Shown: positions 27,424 through 37,632, counted from the stretch's first letter. The stretch is 64,000 bases of DNA from Candidatus Binatia bacterium (GCA_035635995.1 DASPZZ010000190.1:47-64046); one strand, 5' to 3'. Made by a program: numbers and translations. The notes: generated from the letters alone by a model not told the origin.

Positions 27424-28788
27424 ATGAGCGCGGCCGCCCGCCTCGCCGAGTTCATCGTCAAGACGTCGCTCGAGGATTGCCCGTCGGAAGGCGTCGTCCG
27501 GGTCCGCCGGGCCGCCCTCGACACGCTGGGCGTCATGCTGGCCGGAGCCGACGAGCCCGTCGCGCGTATCGTGCGCCGGGTCGTCCGTGCCGAGGGGGGC
27601 ATCCCGCTCGCGACCGTCGTCGGCACGCCGCTCAAGACCGCGCCCGGCTGGGCCGCGCTCGCGAACGGCGCCGCCGGGCACGCGCACGATTTCGACGACA
27701 CGAACTTCGCGCTGCTCGGTCACCCGAGCGTGCCGCTCCTGTCGACGGCCCTGGCCGCCGCGGAAGCCGAGATGGCCGACGGGCGGGCGCTCGTCCTCGG
27801 GTACGTTGTCGGCTTCGAGGTCGACGTGACGCTCGGGCGGGCGCTGAACCCCGACCACTACACGCGGGGCTGGCACGCCACCTCCTCGATCGGCACGCTC
27901 GGCTGCGCCGCGGCGGCCGCGCGCATCATGGGGCTCGACCTCGTCCAGACGCGCAACGCCCTCGCCATCGCCGCCTCGCACGCCTCCGGGCTCAAGGAAA
28001 ACTTCGGCTCGATGACGAAGCCCTACCACGCCGGCCACGCCGCGCGGAATGGCCTCCTCGCCGCCCAGCTCGCGCGCGAGGGGCTGACGGCGTCCGAGAC
28101 CGCGCTCGAGGGCCGCCAGGGCTACGCCGCGGCCTTCGGCGGCTCACACGGACTCGAGCAGGCCCTCGAAGGGCTCGGCCGCACCTGGCATCTCCTCGGG
28201 TCGGGGATCGCCGTCAAGCCCTACCCCTCGTGCGCCCTCACGCACTCGGCGATCGACGCGCTCATCGACCTTCGCGTCGAGCACCGGCTGAGCGCCCGCG
28301 ACGTCGCCGCCGTCCAGGTCGGCGTGAACCGCGTCGTCCCCGACGTGCTCGCGCACGCGCGGCCGACGACCGCACTCGAGCGGAAATTCTCGATGCAGTT
28401 CTGCGCCGCCGCCGCGCTCGCCGAAGGCCGCGTGGACTTCGGCTCGTTCGCCGACGGAGAAGTCGCCAACCCCGAGGTGCGCGAGCTGATGGAGCGGGTC
28501 TCGATGGTCGTCGACGCCGGCCTGCCGGAGGGAGTCGAGCAGCATGCATGGAGCCGCGTGACGGTCCGGCTCCGCGACGGGCGCACGCTCTCGACCGAGG
28601 CGCGGGGCGCTCGGGGCCACCCCGACACGCCCCTCTCCGACGCGGCGCTCCGCGAGAAGTTCCTCGCCTGCGCCGGCGCGGTCCTGGCCCCGGACGAGGC
28701 CGAGGGCGTCGCCGAGCAGATCGGCCATCTCGAGGACGTCCCCGACATCCGCGCGCTGACCTCGCGCCTCGAGGGAAATCTAGACTAG
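27424..28788 (+). CDS. MmgE/PrpD family protein
   Basis: HAHDFDD, GHPS, RGWH, GSMTKPYHAG, VKPYPSC, KFSMQF. Confidence 0.92.
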   Translation: MSAAARLAEFIVKTSLEDCPSEGVVRVRRAALDTLGVMLAGADEPVARIVRRVVRAEGGIPLATVVGTPLKTAPGWAALANGAAGHAHDFDDTNFALLGHPSVPLLSTALAAAEAEMADGRALVLGYVVGFEVDVTLGRALNPDHYTRGWHATSSIGTLGCAAAAARIMGLDLVQTRNALAIAASHASGLKENFGSMTKPYHAGHAARNGLLAAQLAREGLTASETALEGRQGYAAAFGGSHGLEQALEGLGRTWHLLGSGIAVKPYPSCALTHSAIDALIDLRVEHRLSARDVAAVQVGVNRVVPDVLAHARPTTALERKFSMQFCAAAALAEGRVDFGSFADGEVANPEVRELMERVSMVVDAGLPEGVEQHAWSRVTVRLRDGRTLSTEARGARGHPDTPLSDAALREKFLACAGAVLAPDEAEGVAEQIGHLEDVPDIRALTSRLEGNLD

Positions 28789-28808
28789 GGTTCGAACAGG
28801 AGACCGGA

Positions 28809-30002
28809 ATGGGCGTGCTCGACGGGATCAGGATTCTCGAGCTGGCGCGGGTGGCGCCGGCCGAGCTGCCGGCGATGATGCTGGCCGACATGGGCGCCGA
28901 GGTTCTCAAGATCGAGACGCCCGAGCCCGGCCGCGCGACGAGCGACGAGTGGGTGCGGCGGACGATCTACACCTTCGTCAACCGCAACAAGCGCTCGATG
29001 ACGCTGAACATGAAGTCGCCGGAGGGGCAGGCGGTCTTCCGGAAGCTCGCCACGACGGCCGACGTCCTCGTCGAGGGCTTCCGCCCAGGCGTGATGAAGC
29101 GCCTCGGTGCCGACTACGAGACCCTTCGCCAGCTCAACCCGCGGCTCGTCTACTGCTCGCTCTCGGGCTTCGGGCAGGACGGCCCGTACCGAAACTACCC
29201 TGCGCACGACATGAACTACCTCTCGCTGGCGGGGGTCCTCAACCTGATCGGCGAATCGGACCGCAAGCCGGTCATTCCCCTCAACCTGGTCGCCGACTAC
29301 GCCGGAGCCAGCCTGCACGGCGCCCTCGGCATCGTGCTGGCGCTCTTCGCTCGCGAGCGGACCGGCCGCGGCCAGCACGTCGACGTCTCGTACCTCGACA
29401 CGACCGTCTCGCTCCTGGCGGCGACGCCCAACATGCGCTTCTTCTTCAGCGACGGCCTGGCGCCGCGCCGCGGCGAGGGATTTCTCGGCGGGTCCTACCC
29501 CTACTACGCCATCTACTCGACGCGCGACGACAAGCTCCTCACGATCGGCTGCACCGAGCCGTGGCTCTGGGAGAACTTCTGCAACGCGATCGGGCGGCCC
29601 GACTTCAAGCGCTTCGCGCGGAGCTCCGATCAGTTCGTGCGCGCCGCCAACGCCGAGGAAGAGGCCGCGCGGCGCGAGATCGAGGCGCTCATCAAGACCC
29701 GCGACCGCGACGAGTGGTACGACTTGCTCGTGAAGGCCGACGTCTGCGTCGGGAAGGTCTACGACGTCCCCGAGATGGTGGAGGACCCGCAGATCAACCA
29801 CCGCCGGATGATCGTGGACGTCGAGCACCCCACCCAGGGCCGCGTGCGGCAGATCGGCGTCGCGATCAAGCTGTCCGACACGCCCGGGACGATCCGAAGC
29901 GCGGCGCCGATGCCCAACGAGCACACCGAGGACGTGCTGAAAGACTTGGGGATGACGGCCGCCGAGATCGCGGAGCTCAAGCGAAAGGGAATCGTCGAGT
30001 AG
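28809..30002 (+). CDS. Family III CoA-transferase (CaiB/BaiF)
   Basis: LADMGAEVLKIE, NRNKRS, EGFRPGVM, SGFGQDGPY, HDMNY, VADYAG. Confidence 0.93.
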   Translation: MGVLDGIRILELARVAPAELPAMMLADMGAEVLKIETPEPGRATSDEWVRRTIYTFVNRNKRSMTLNMKSPEGQAVFRKLATTADVLVEGFRPGVMKRLGADYETLRQLNPRLVYCSLSGFGQDGPYRNYPAHDMNYLSLAGVLNLIGESDRKPVIPLNLVADYAGASLHGALGIVLALFARERTGRGQHVDVSYLDTTVSLLAATPNMRFFFSDGLAPRRGEGFLGGSYPYYAIYSTRDDKLLTIGCTEPWLWENFCNAIGRPDFKRFARSSDQFVRAANAEEEAARREIEALIKTRDRDEWYDLLVKADVCVGKVYDVPEMVEDPQINHRRMIVDVEHPTQGRVRQIGVAIKLSDTPGTIRSAAPMPNEHTEDVLKDLGMTAAEIAELKRKGIVE

Positions 30003-30009
30003 CGATCGC

Positions 30010-31218
30010 GTGACGCCAGCCTGGCGCCAGCTGACGCTCCTCTCGCTCGCCGAGTTTCTCGCCCTCTCGCTCTGGTTCAGCGCCTCCGCCGTCCTGCCGG
30101 CCCTCCAGCACGACTGGGGCCTCGGTGACGGCGGCAGCGCCGGCCTCACGATCGCCGTGCAGGCCGGATTCATCGTCGGCACCCTCATCAGCGCGCTCAC
30201 CAACCTCCCCGACGTTTTCTCCGCGCGCATGGTGATGAAGGTCGGCATCACGCTGGGTGCCCTGAACAATGCCGCGCTCGCGCTCTGGGTCTCGAGCCTG
30301 GGGCCGGCGCTGGTGCTCCGGTTTGCGACGGGCCTGTGCCTGGCCGGCGCCTATCCCCCGGCGATGAAGATCATGGCCACCTGGTTCCGCGAAGGCCGAG
30401 GGCTGGCGCTCGGGATTCTCGTCGGCGCTCTCACCGTCGGCTCGGCGGCTCCGCACCTCATTCCCGGTCTCACCGAGCTCCCCTGGCGCGGAACTCTGCT
30501 CGTCGCCTCCGCGCTCGCCCTGGCGGGCGCTGCCCTCGTCCAGCTCTGCGTGGCCGACGGACCGCACCGATTCCCGTCGGCTCGGTTCGACATCCGGATG
30601 GCGGCCGCCGTCTTCGGCGAGCGGGGTCCCCGCCTGGTGTGTCTGGGCTACCTCGGCCACATGTCGGAGCTCTACGCGATGTGGGCGTGGATCGCGGCGT
30701 TCCTCGCGGCGAGCCTCGACGCCCGCGGCGGCGGCAGCTACGCCGGGCTCAATCCGAGCGGCGCCACGTTCCTTGTGATCGCGCTGGGCGCGCTCGGCTG
30801 CTGGGCCGGCGGGCTCGCCTCCGACCGGTGGGGCCGGACGGTCCTCACCATGACCGCGATGGCGCTCTCCGGAGCCTGCGCAGCGACGATCGGCCTGACG
30901 TTCGGCGGCCCGCCGCTCGTGACCCTGCTCGTCGCCGTCGTGTGGGGCGTCACGGTCATTGCGGATTCCGCCCAGTTCTCGACCGCGATCACCGAGCTGT
31001 CGCCGCCCGCGTACGTCGGCACGGCCCTCACCACCCAGACGTGCGCCGGCTTCGCGCTGACGATGGTCTCGATCTGGCTCATCCCGCCGCTCGTGACGCG
31101 TGCCGGCTGGCGGTGGGCGTTCGCCGCGCTGGCGATCGGGCCGGCGCTCGGGGTTCTCGCCATGGGCCGACTTCGGGCACTTCCTGAGGCGATGAAGCTG
31201 GCCGAGGGCCGTCGCTGA
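30010..31218 (+). CDS. MFS transporter
   Basis: ~12 TM helices; LSLWFSASAV, YPPAMK, ASDRWGR, ADSAQFS. Confidence 0.92.
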   Translation: MTPAWRQLTLLSLAEFLALSLWFSASAVLPALQHDWGLGDGGSAGLTIAVQAGFIVGTLISALTNLPDVFSARMVMKVGITLGALNNAALALWVSSLGPALVLRFATGLCLAGAYPPAMKIMATWFREGRGLALGILVGALTVGSAAPHLIPGLTELPWRGTLLVASALALAGAALVQLCVADGPHRFPSARFDIRMAAAVFGERGPRLVCLGYLGHMSELYAMWAWIAAFLAASLDARGGGSYAGLNPSGATFLVIALGALGCWAGGLASDRWGRTVLTMTAMALSGACAATIGLTFGGPPLVTLLVAVVWGVTVIADSAQFSTAITELSPPAYVGTALTTQTCAGFALTMVSIWLIPPLVTRAGWRWAFAALAIGPALGVLAMGRLRALPEAMKLAEGRR

Positions 31219-31240
31219 ACGGGCGAGCAGTCCGGAGAGG

Positions 31241-32299
31241 TCAGACGGCTGGCTGAGGAAACGCCTGGAGTCGGCGCAGCAGCGGGAGGCCCTGACCGGT
31301 GAGCCACTCCTTCGTCGAGTCGTACCCGTAGCGGAGCGCCGCCCGACTCGCCTCGAAACCCATCGACGGCCCGAAGAGGGGCGTGTCCTCTCGCGTGGGC
31401 TGGATCAGGTGGAACTCGCTGCGGGGATGCTTGATCCGGAGCGTCGACAGGCCGAGCTGCAGCAGGTTCTGGCTGTAGATGCGGCCCGCCTGCTCCATGA
31501 TCGTGTAGAGGCCACGACTTCTCAGCGGAACGATGCCGGAGTCGGGGCTCGGGACGAGCGGGTTGATGACGATCACGACGTCGGCACCCGCCTCGGCCGC
31601 GAGATCCGCGTGGCCGCTGAAGCCGACCCCGCCGTCGACGTAGTCGCGTCCGCGCAGGGTATAGGGCTCGAAGAAGCCGGGAATCGCCGAAGACGCCGCC
31701 ACCGCCTCGCTGATCGGGACGTCTAGGAGCCCGTCGCGGCCGAACACGACACGCTGCGCCCGGTCCAGGTCGATGGCCGGGATCAGCAGGACGCGCTCGA
31801 GCGCCGTGAAGGAGTTCTGCAGCCCGGCGCTGGCCAGCGTCTCGCGCATGTATTGCTCGAGCGCCGCCAGCGAGAAGAACCCGGCCGGCAGGTCGCGCTC
31901 CGCGGCGGCCAGCATGTCGGGGACCGAGCCGCGTACCGCGGTCATCGCGTTCTTGCTGACGGCCCAGAGGAGCCGGCCGAACCGGCCCGCCGCATGGCGG
32001 AAGGAGTTCGTGGCGTAGACGGCGCCGCGCCGGAAGTTGAGCGGGTGCTCCAGATCCTGGTCGATGATGCGATAGATCTCGGAGGCGCGGACGCCGTTGG
32101 CGAGGAGCGTCGCCACGACGGAGCCCGCGCTGCAGCCCACGTAGATATCGAAGTCGCCCGCGCCGCTGAGCCGTTCCTCGATCGCCGCGATGACACCGAC
32201 TTCGTACATGCCGCCGATGACGCCGCCGCCCGCCAGGGCCAGGGCGTAGCGGGGCCGTCGCGACCGCCAGCGGCCCACCACGCGCTCGAGGAAGTTCAT
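31241..32299 (-). CDS. Patatin-like phospholipase
   Basis: LAGGGVIG, GCSAG, ASSAIPGFF, YVDGG. Confidence 0.92.
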   Translation of the reverse strand: MNFLERVVGRWRSRRPRYALALAGGGVIGGMYEVGVIAAIEERLSGAGDFDIYVGCSAGSVVATLLANGVRASEIYRIIDQDLEHPLNFRRGAVYATNSFRHAAGRFGRLLWAVSKNAMTAVRGSVPDMLAAAERDLPAGFFSLAALEQYMRETLASAGLQNSFTALERVLLIPAIDLDRAQRVVFGRDGLLDVPISEAVAASSAIPGFFEPYTLRGRDYVDGGVGFSGHADLAAEAGADVVIVINPLVPSPDSGIVPLRSRGLYTIMEQAGRIYSQNLLQLGLSTLRIKHPRSEFHLIQPTREDTPLFGPSMGFEASRAALRYGYDSTKEWLTGQGLPLLRRLQAFPQPAV

Positions 32300-32411
32300 A
32301 CCTGACTCATTCTAGCAACCTTGTCAGCAAGCGAGTTGCCAGCCTAGCCCGTATCCGGAAACCGCTAATTTCACTGACGATCACTCCAGCGGCCGATTGT
32401 ATAACTGTCGG

Positions 32412-32591
32412 GCAAAGCGGCAAGTTCTTTGACACCTGGTCGGTCCCCTACCGCGGCTGGTCAAGAGCACTGCGAGGCTACCGATCAGGTCCGGACCACC
32501 CCCTCCGGAACGAATCTTGGCTCGGGTCTCGGCGCGCCGCGTCGCGGTCCAGTCGGGTGGCTAGGAACGACGCCAACTTATAACCCCACCC
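32412..32591 (+). ncRNA. Candidate structured non-coding RNA or leader (family not recognised)
   Basis: TATAAC at 32400-32405; 11-bp stem 32434-32444/32480-32490 with one G-U pair enclosing an inner stem; further stems 32491-95/32504-08 and 32555-60/32586-91. Confidence 0.35.
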
Positions 32592-32693
32592 TGTGCTTGG
32601 TATCGGCCTTGCTCCGAAAAAGGCGCGATGATCCGATGGCTCCAGGAGTCGGTCCGCCACACGCGCGCCTCGGGACCGCGCGCCGGTGACCGC

Positions 32694-33413
32694 ATGAACG
32701 CCGGGCTCCGGGCCGACCTGCACATCCACACGCGGGAGGCGGAGCCCTTCATCACCTACAGCGCTCGCGACGTGATCGCCCGCGCGGCTCGCGAGGGCTA
32801 TCGCGTGCTCAGCATCAGCAATCACGACACGCTCACCTTCAGCGACGAGCTGGCCGCCTATGCACGCGACCACGGGATCGTGCTGATCCCCGGCGTGGAG
32901 GCCACGGTCGAAGGGCGCCACGTGCTCGTCTACAACGCCGACGTCGCGCCCGACAAGCTCCGGACCTTCGCCGACCTTCGCCGATATCGGACGCCCGAGT
33001 GGCTCATCGTCGCGCCCCATCCGTTCTTCCCGGCGTCCTATTGTCTGCGCGAGAAGCTCTGGCAGGAGATCGAGCTGTTCGACGCGATCGAGTTCAGCCA
33101 CTTCTACACGCCGCGGCTGGATTTCAACCGGGCGGCGGTCAAGCTGGCCCGCGCGGTGGGTCTGCCTCTCATCGGGACGTCCGACAGCCACCTCGACGAG
33201 CAGTTCGGGACGACGTTCTCCCTCATCGAGGCCGAGCCTTCGGTCGAATCGGTGCTGGCCGCGATCAGGAAGGGCCGGCTCAGCGTCGTCAGCCGACCAC
33301 TGAGCCTCACGCGCTGCCTGAGTATCGTCGCCCGGCACGCGCTGGGGGCCGGTCGGGAGCGTGCGCGGACGCGGCTACGACCGTCCCCTCAGACGATCCT
33401 CACGCCGCGCTAG
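32694..33413 (+). CDS. PHP domain metal-dependent phosphoesterase
   Basis: DLHIHT, ISNHD, PGVE, APHPF, GTSDSH; alternative start 32628. Confidence 0.9.
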   Translation: MNAGLRADLHIHTREAEPFITYSARDVIARAAREGYRVLSISNHDTLTFSDELAAYARDHGIVLIPGVEATVEGRHVLVYNADVAPDKLRTFADLRRYRTPEWLIVAPHPFFPASYCLREKLWQEIELFDAIEFSHFYTPRLDFNRAAVKLARAVGLPLIGTSDSHLDEQFGTTFSLIEAEPSVESVLAAIRKGRLSVVSRPLSLTRCLSIVARHALGAGRERARTRLRPSPQTILTPR

Positions 33414-33423
33414 CGCGCGGCCC

Positions 33424-34122
33424 CTACGCGAGGTCGAAGACCAGCACTTCGGCGGGCTCGAGTCCGATGAGCCGGAGCGTGGGCTGCGCGCTGACGGCGG
33501 CGCCGTCCCCCTGCCAGAGGGGCTGGCCGCTGAGCGTCACGGAGCCGCGCGCGACCTGCACCCACGCGTGGCGCTCCGGATTGAGCTCGTGAACCACTTC
33601 CTGGTCGCGCTCGAGCAGCACCGAGTAGAGGCGCACGTCCTGATGGAGAGTGACGCTCGAGCCGCCGCCACGAGGGCCGGCGATGAGGCGGAGCATGCCG
33701 CGCTTGTCGGGATCGGCGATGGCCTCCTGCTCGTAGCTCGGCTCGTAGCCGCGACGGTCCGGCACGATCCAGATCTGCAGGAAATGCACGAGCTCGGTCG
33801 GGGAGGGGTTGAACTCGCTGTGCGTCACGCCGGCGCCCGCGCTCATCCGCTGGACTTCACCTGGCCGGATCACGGAGCCGGTCCCCAAGCTGTCCCGGTG
33901 CTGGAGCGCGCCGGCGAGCACGTAGCTGACGATCTCCATGTCCCGATGCCCGTGGGTCGGGAACCCGCGACCGGGCTGCACGCGGTCCTCGTTGATGACG
34001 CGCAGGGTGCGGAACCCCATGTGGCTGGGGTCGTAGTACTCGCCGAACGAGAACGTGTGAGAGGTGTCGAGCCAGCCGAAATCGAAGTGCCCGCGGTCCG
34101 CCGCCGCACGTCGCGTGATCAC
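33424..34122 (-). CDS. Pirin family protein (YhhW-like)
   Basis: GWLDTSHTFSF, HGHRDMEI, MSAGAGVTHSE, FLQIWI. Confidence 0.95.
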   Translation of the reverse strand: MITRRAAADRGHFDFGWLDTSHTFSFGEYYDPSHMGFRTLRVINEDRVQPGRGFPTHGHRDMEIVSYVLAGALQHRDSLGTGSVIRPGEVQRMSAGAGVTHSEFNPSPTELVHFLQIWIVPDRRGYEPSYEQEAIADPDKRGMLRLIAGPRGGGSSVTLHQDVRLYSVLLERDQEVVHELNPERHAWVQVARGSVTLSGQPLWQGDGAAVSAQPTLRLIGLEPAEVLVFDLA

Positions 34123-34760
34123 AGCTGGGTCCCGGCCTGGCCGGCTTCCCTGATCCGGCGCAGGCGCTCGAGCTCGGGCGTGACGTACTTCTCGCGGCAC
34201 TCCGGACAGATCCCGTGTGTGAACTGGGCGTCGGAGTGCCCCTCGATGTAGGTCTCGACTTGCTGCCAGTAGTTCTGGTCGTCGCGCACCTTCTTGCAGT
34301 AGGAGCAGATCGGCAAGAGCCCCTGGAGCTGCTTCACCCGCAGGAGTGCCTCTTCGAGCTCACGCACCCGCTCGGCCAGGGCGGCCTGAAGCTCCAGCAT
34401 CCGGAAGCCCACCTGGACCCGCGCGCGCAGCTCCTCCCGCTCGAAAGGCTTCACGATGTAGTCGTCGGCGCCCGCCCCGAGCCCGGTCACGATGTCCTGA
34501 GTGCGGGCCTTGGCGGTCACGAAGATGATATACGGCTTCGGCTCGCGGCCCAGCGCGCGGATCCTCGTGCAGAGCTCGAGGCCGTCCATGCCGGGCATCG
34601 TCCAGTCGAGAATGGCGAGGGACGGCGGATCGTCGCCCTGAAAGAGCTCCCACGCCTGCTCGCCGCCCGACGCCGAGACGACCTGGTAGCCCCACCCGGT
34701 CAGGGAGGTCTCGTGCAGGCGACGGACGATCGGCTCGTCGTCGACGATCAGCACCCTCAC
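34119..34760 (-). CDS. Response regulator (REC plus C-terminal Cys-rich PICSYC...HGICPEC domain)
   Basis: VDD, LDWTMPGMDG, DYIVKPF; no HTH output domain. Confidence 0.92.
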   Translation of the reverse strand: MRVLIVDDEPIVRRLHETSLTGWGYQVVSASGGEQAWELFQGDDPPSLAILDWTMPGMDGLELCTRIRALGREPKPYIIFVTAKARTQDIVTGLGAGADDYIVKPFEREELRARVQVGFRMLELQAALAERVRELEEALLRVKQLQGLLPICSYCKKVRDDQNYWQQVETYIEGHSDAQFTHGICPECREKYVTPELERLRRIREAGQAGTQL

Positions 34761-35137
34761 GGCGCCGCCTCGATGTCCAGCCCTTCCGGCCAGGCCGGAT
34801 CGGCGAAGAAGGCCATGACCTGCTCGAGCTCGCGCGCGATCCGGGCGACGAGGTCGGGGCTGTTTTCCGTGTGTCCGTCGTGGGCCGCGTCCTCGAGCGC
34901 CAGCGCCGCGCTCTGCAGGCGCGTCGCTCCCAGAATCGCGGCCGAGCCCTTCAGACTGTGCGCGACGTGCTCGAGCTGGCGGATGTCGGCCGCGGTCATC
35001 GCGGCGCGCATCGCCTGCAGCCGCTTGGGACTGTCGTCGACGAAGATCCCGACCAGCTCGCGGAGCAGCACCTGATCGCCGCCGAGCCAGCGCAACGCCA
35101 CCGCGAGATCGACGGGCCGCTCGGCCGCGCCGTCCAC
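34757..35137 (-). CDS. Stand-alone Hpt phosphotransfer protein
   Basis: AHSLKGSAAILGA. Confidence 0.9.
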   Translation of the reverse strand: MDGAAERPVDLAVALRWLGGDQVLLRELVGIFVDDSPKRLQAMRAAMTAADIRQLEHVAHSLKGSAAILGATRLQSAALALEDAAHDGHTENSPDLVARIARELEQVMAFFADPAWPEGLDIEAAP

Positions 35138-35141
35138 GACG

Positions 35142-35963
35142 TCACACCTCCGTCAGGTCCTCGCCGACGGCGATCGCCCCGGCGAAGTCTTTCCCGGCCG
35201 CGGCCGCGAGCTCGGCGGGCACCGACCCCGGCATCAGGTGAGTGAGCACGAGCTTCTTCGCGCGCGCGTCCCGCGCGATCCGGCCGACGTCGGCGGGCTG
35301 GGTGTGGTAGGAGGCCAGGTCCGTGATCTTCTCCTCCAGCGTCGGCCATCCACAGCCGGGATACCAGGTGGTCCTCGTCATCTCGCAGCACTCGTGGATG
35401 AGGCAGTCGACGCCGTGGCTCCAGCGCACGAGGTTCTCGCACGGACGCGTGTCGCCCGAGACGACGATCGTGCGCCCTCCACCCTCGAACCGGAAGCCGA
35501 AGGCTGGCTTGACGGGGTCGTGCTCGACCAGGAACGCGCTCACCCGCACGCCGCCGACCTCGAGGAGCTTGCCCTCCTCGATCTCGGTCACGCGGACCTC
35601 CGGCGGGCGCCGCTCGTGCATGTGCGCGCGACGCACGTCGATGTCCCAGGTCAGATAGTCGAGCAGCTTCTCGACCTGGCGCTGGGTCCCGGCCGGGCCC
35701 CAGATCTCGAACGGCGCGTTCTGGCCGGCGATCCAGCGCGAGATGAGCAGATGACCGAGGTCGATCGTGTGGTCCGAGTGGTGATGGGTGATGAAGACGC
35801 GCGGCCAATCCCACGGGCGCACCCCGGCCTGGACGAGCTGGGCACCGACGCCCGAACCGGCGTCGACCAGGAAGCGCTCGTCGGCGAGCGACACGAGCGT
35901 CGCGGGGCCCCGTCGCTTCGGGTTGGGTGGCGGGCTCCCGGTTCCTAGAAGGACTCCGCGCAT
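35142..35963 (-). CDS. RNase Z/AtsA-like metallo-beta-lactamase fold hydrolase
   Basis: LLGTGSP, THHHSDH, SGDT, LIHE, YHT, LTHL. Confidence 0.9.
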   Translation of the reverse strand: MRGVLLGTGSPPPNPKRRGPATLVSLADERFLVDAGSGVGAQLVQAGVRPWDWPRVFITHHHSDHTIDLGHLLISRWIAGQNAPFEIWGPAGTQRQVEKLLDYLTWDIDVRRAHMHERRPPEVRVTEIEEGKLLEVGGVRVSAFLVEHDPVKPAFGFRFEGGGRTIVVSGDTRPCENLVRWSHGVDCLIHECCEMTRTTWYPGCGWPTLEEKITDLASYHTQPADVGRIARDARAKKLVLTHLMPGSVPAELAAAAGKDFAGAIAVGEDLTEV

Positions 35964-36009
35964 CAGTCTTCGAAGGATACTAGCATAGCGCGCGGTCGCC
36001 CCGGCCCGT

Positions 36010-37632
36010 TCAGAACAGGCCGACGATGTTGCCGTTCGCGTCGATGTCGATCCCTTCAGCGCCGGGCACCTTCGGGAGGCCCGGCATCGTGAGGATGTCC
36101 CCTGCGTACGCGACGACGAAGCCGGCGCCCGCGGAGAGCGCGACGTCACGCACCGTGATCGTGAACCCGCGCGGTCGGCCGGGCCGCTTCGGGTCGTCGC
36201 TGAGCGAGTTCTGGGTCTTCGCCACGCACACCGGCAGACGGCCGTAGCCCAGCGACTCGAAGCGTGACAGCTTGGCGGCGGCCACCGGCGCGAACGCCAC
36301 CCCATCGGCGCCGTACACGCGCTTCGCGAGCGTCTCGAGCTTCGCGGCCAGCCCGAGCTCGTCGGGATAGAGATAACGGAAGGCCGAGCGGTCGCTGGAC
36401 CGGATCGCGTCGAGGACCATGCCGGCGAGATCGGTCACGCCGGCGCCGCCGAGCTCCCAGCCCCGTGACACGCCGCAGGGCACCCCGAGCGTCCGGCAGC
36501 TGGACAGCACCGCGTCGACTTTCGCGTCGGTATCGTCGGTGAAGCGGTTCAGCGCGACGACCGGCGGGAGACCGAAGAGGCGCACGTTCTCGACGTGCTT
36601 GGCCAGGTTCTCCTCCCCGTGCAGCGCCAGGGCGCGCGTCGTGACGACGATGACCGCCGCCGAGGGCACCAGACCTCCGGTTCGACACTTGATATCCACG
36701 AACTTCTCGGCGCCCAGGTCGCTCGCGAAGCCGGCCTCGGTGACCACGACCTCGCCGAGCTTGAGCCCCAGCCGGGTGGCGACGAGGCTGTTGCAGCCGT
36801 GGGCGATGTTGCCGAACGGCCCGCCGTGGACGAGCGCGGGCGTGCCCTCGAGCGTCTGAACGAGGTTGGGCTTGATGGCCTCCTTCATGAGGACCGCCAT
36901 CGCGCCCGCGGCCCGGAGCTCGCGCGCCGTGACCAGAGTCCCCTCGCCCTTCTCGGCGACCACGATGCGCTCGACCCGCGCCTTGAAATCCTGGAGGTCG
37001 CGGGCCAGGCACAGAATCGCCATGACCTCCGAGGCGACCGTGATGTCGAAGCCGCTCTCCCGCGGGACGCCGTGGGCCGGCCCACCCAACCCGACGACGA
37101 CGCGGCGCAGGGCGCGATCGTTCATGTCGAGGGCGCGCTTCCAGAGAATCCGCCTGACGTCGAGTGCCAGCGCATTGCCCTGCGCCAGATGATTGTCCAG
37201 CATCGCGGCCAGGAGATTGTGCGCGGCCCCGATCGCGTGCATGTCGCCGGTGAAGTGGAGGTTGATGTCCTCCATCGGCGCCACCTGGGTGTGACCCCCG
37301 CCGGTTCCACCGCCCTTGGCGCCGAACACCGGCCCGAGCGACGGCTCGCGCATCGCGACGACCGCACGCTTCCCGAGCCGGCGCAGCCCGTCGGCGAGGC
37401 CGATCGTGGTGGTGGACTTGCCTTCCCCCGCGGGCGTCGGGGTCATCGCCGTCACCAGGACGAGCGCCCCGTCCGGGCGGGCGCTCGCGCGCTCGATCGC
37501 CTCCCAGCGGATCTTCGCCTTGTAGCTCCCGTACGGCTCGAGGTCGCCGCCATTCAACCCGAGCGCCTCGCCGATCGCCTGGATCGGCTGGAGCTTCACT
37601 GCGCGCGCGATTTCGATGTCCTGTTTTCCCAT
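36010..37632 (-). CDS. fhs: Formate--tetrahydrofolate ligase
   Basis: TPTPAGEGKSTT, REPSLGP, INLHFTGD, VHGGPFGNIAHG, KTQNSLSD, TMPGLP. Confidence 0.97.
   Translation of the reverse strand: MGKQDIEIARAVKLQPIQAIGEALGLNGGDLEPYGSYKAKIRWEAIERASARPDGALVLVTAMTPTPAGEGKSTTTIGLADGLRRLGKRAVVAMREPSLGPVFGAKGGGTGGGHTQVAPMEDINLHFTGDMHAIGAAHNLLAAMLDNHLAQGNALALDVRRILWKRALDMNDRALRRVVVGLGGPAHGVPRESGFDITVASEVMAILCLARDLQDFKARVERIVVAEKGEGTLVTARELRAAGAMAVLMKEAIKPNLVQTLEGTPALVHGGPFGNIAHGCNSLVATRLGLKLGEVVVTEAGFASDLGAEKFVDIKCRTGGLVPSAAVIVVTTRALALHGEENLAKHVENVRLFGLPPVVALNRFTDDTDAKVDAVLSSCRTLGVPCGVSRGWELGGAGVTDLAGMVLDAIRSSDRSAFRYLYPDELGLAAKLETLAKRVYGADGVAFAPVAAAKLSRFESLGYGRLPVCVAKTQNSLSDDPKRPGRPRGFTITVRDVALSAGAGFVVAYAGDILTMPGLPKVPGAEGIDIDANGNIVGLF

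Noticed and set aside
32484-32510. TCAGGTCCGGA resembling SRP RNA domain IV
   Set aside because: The required continuation AGGAAGCAGC is absent. GGCAAA at 32411 also lacks the rest of a c-di-GMP-I riboswitch.
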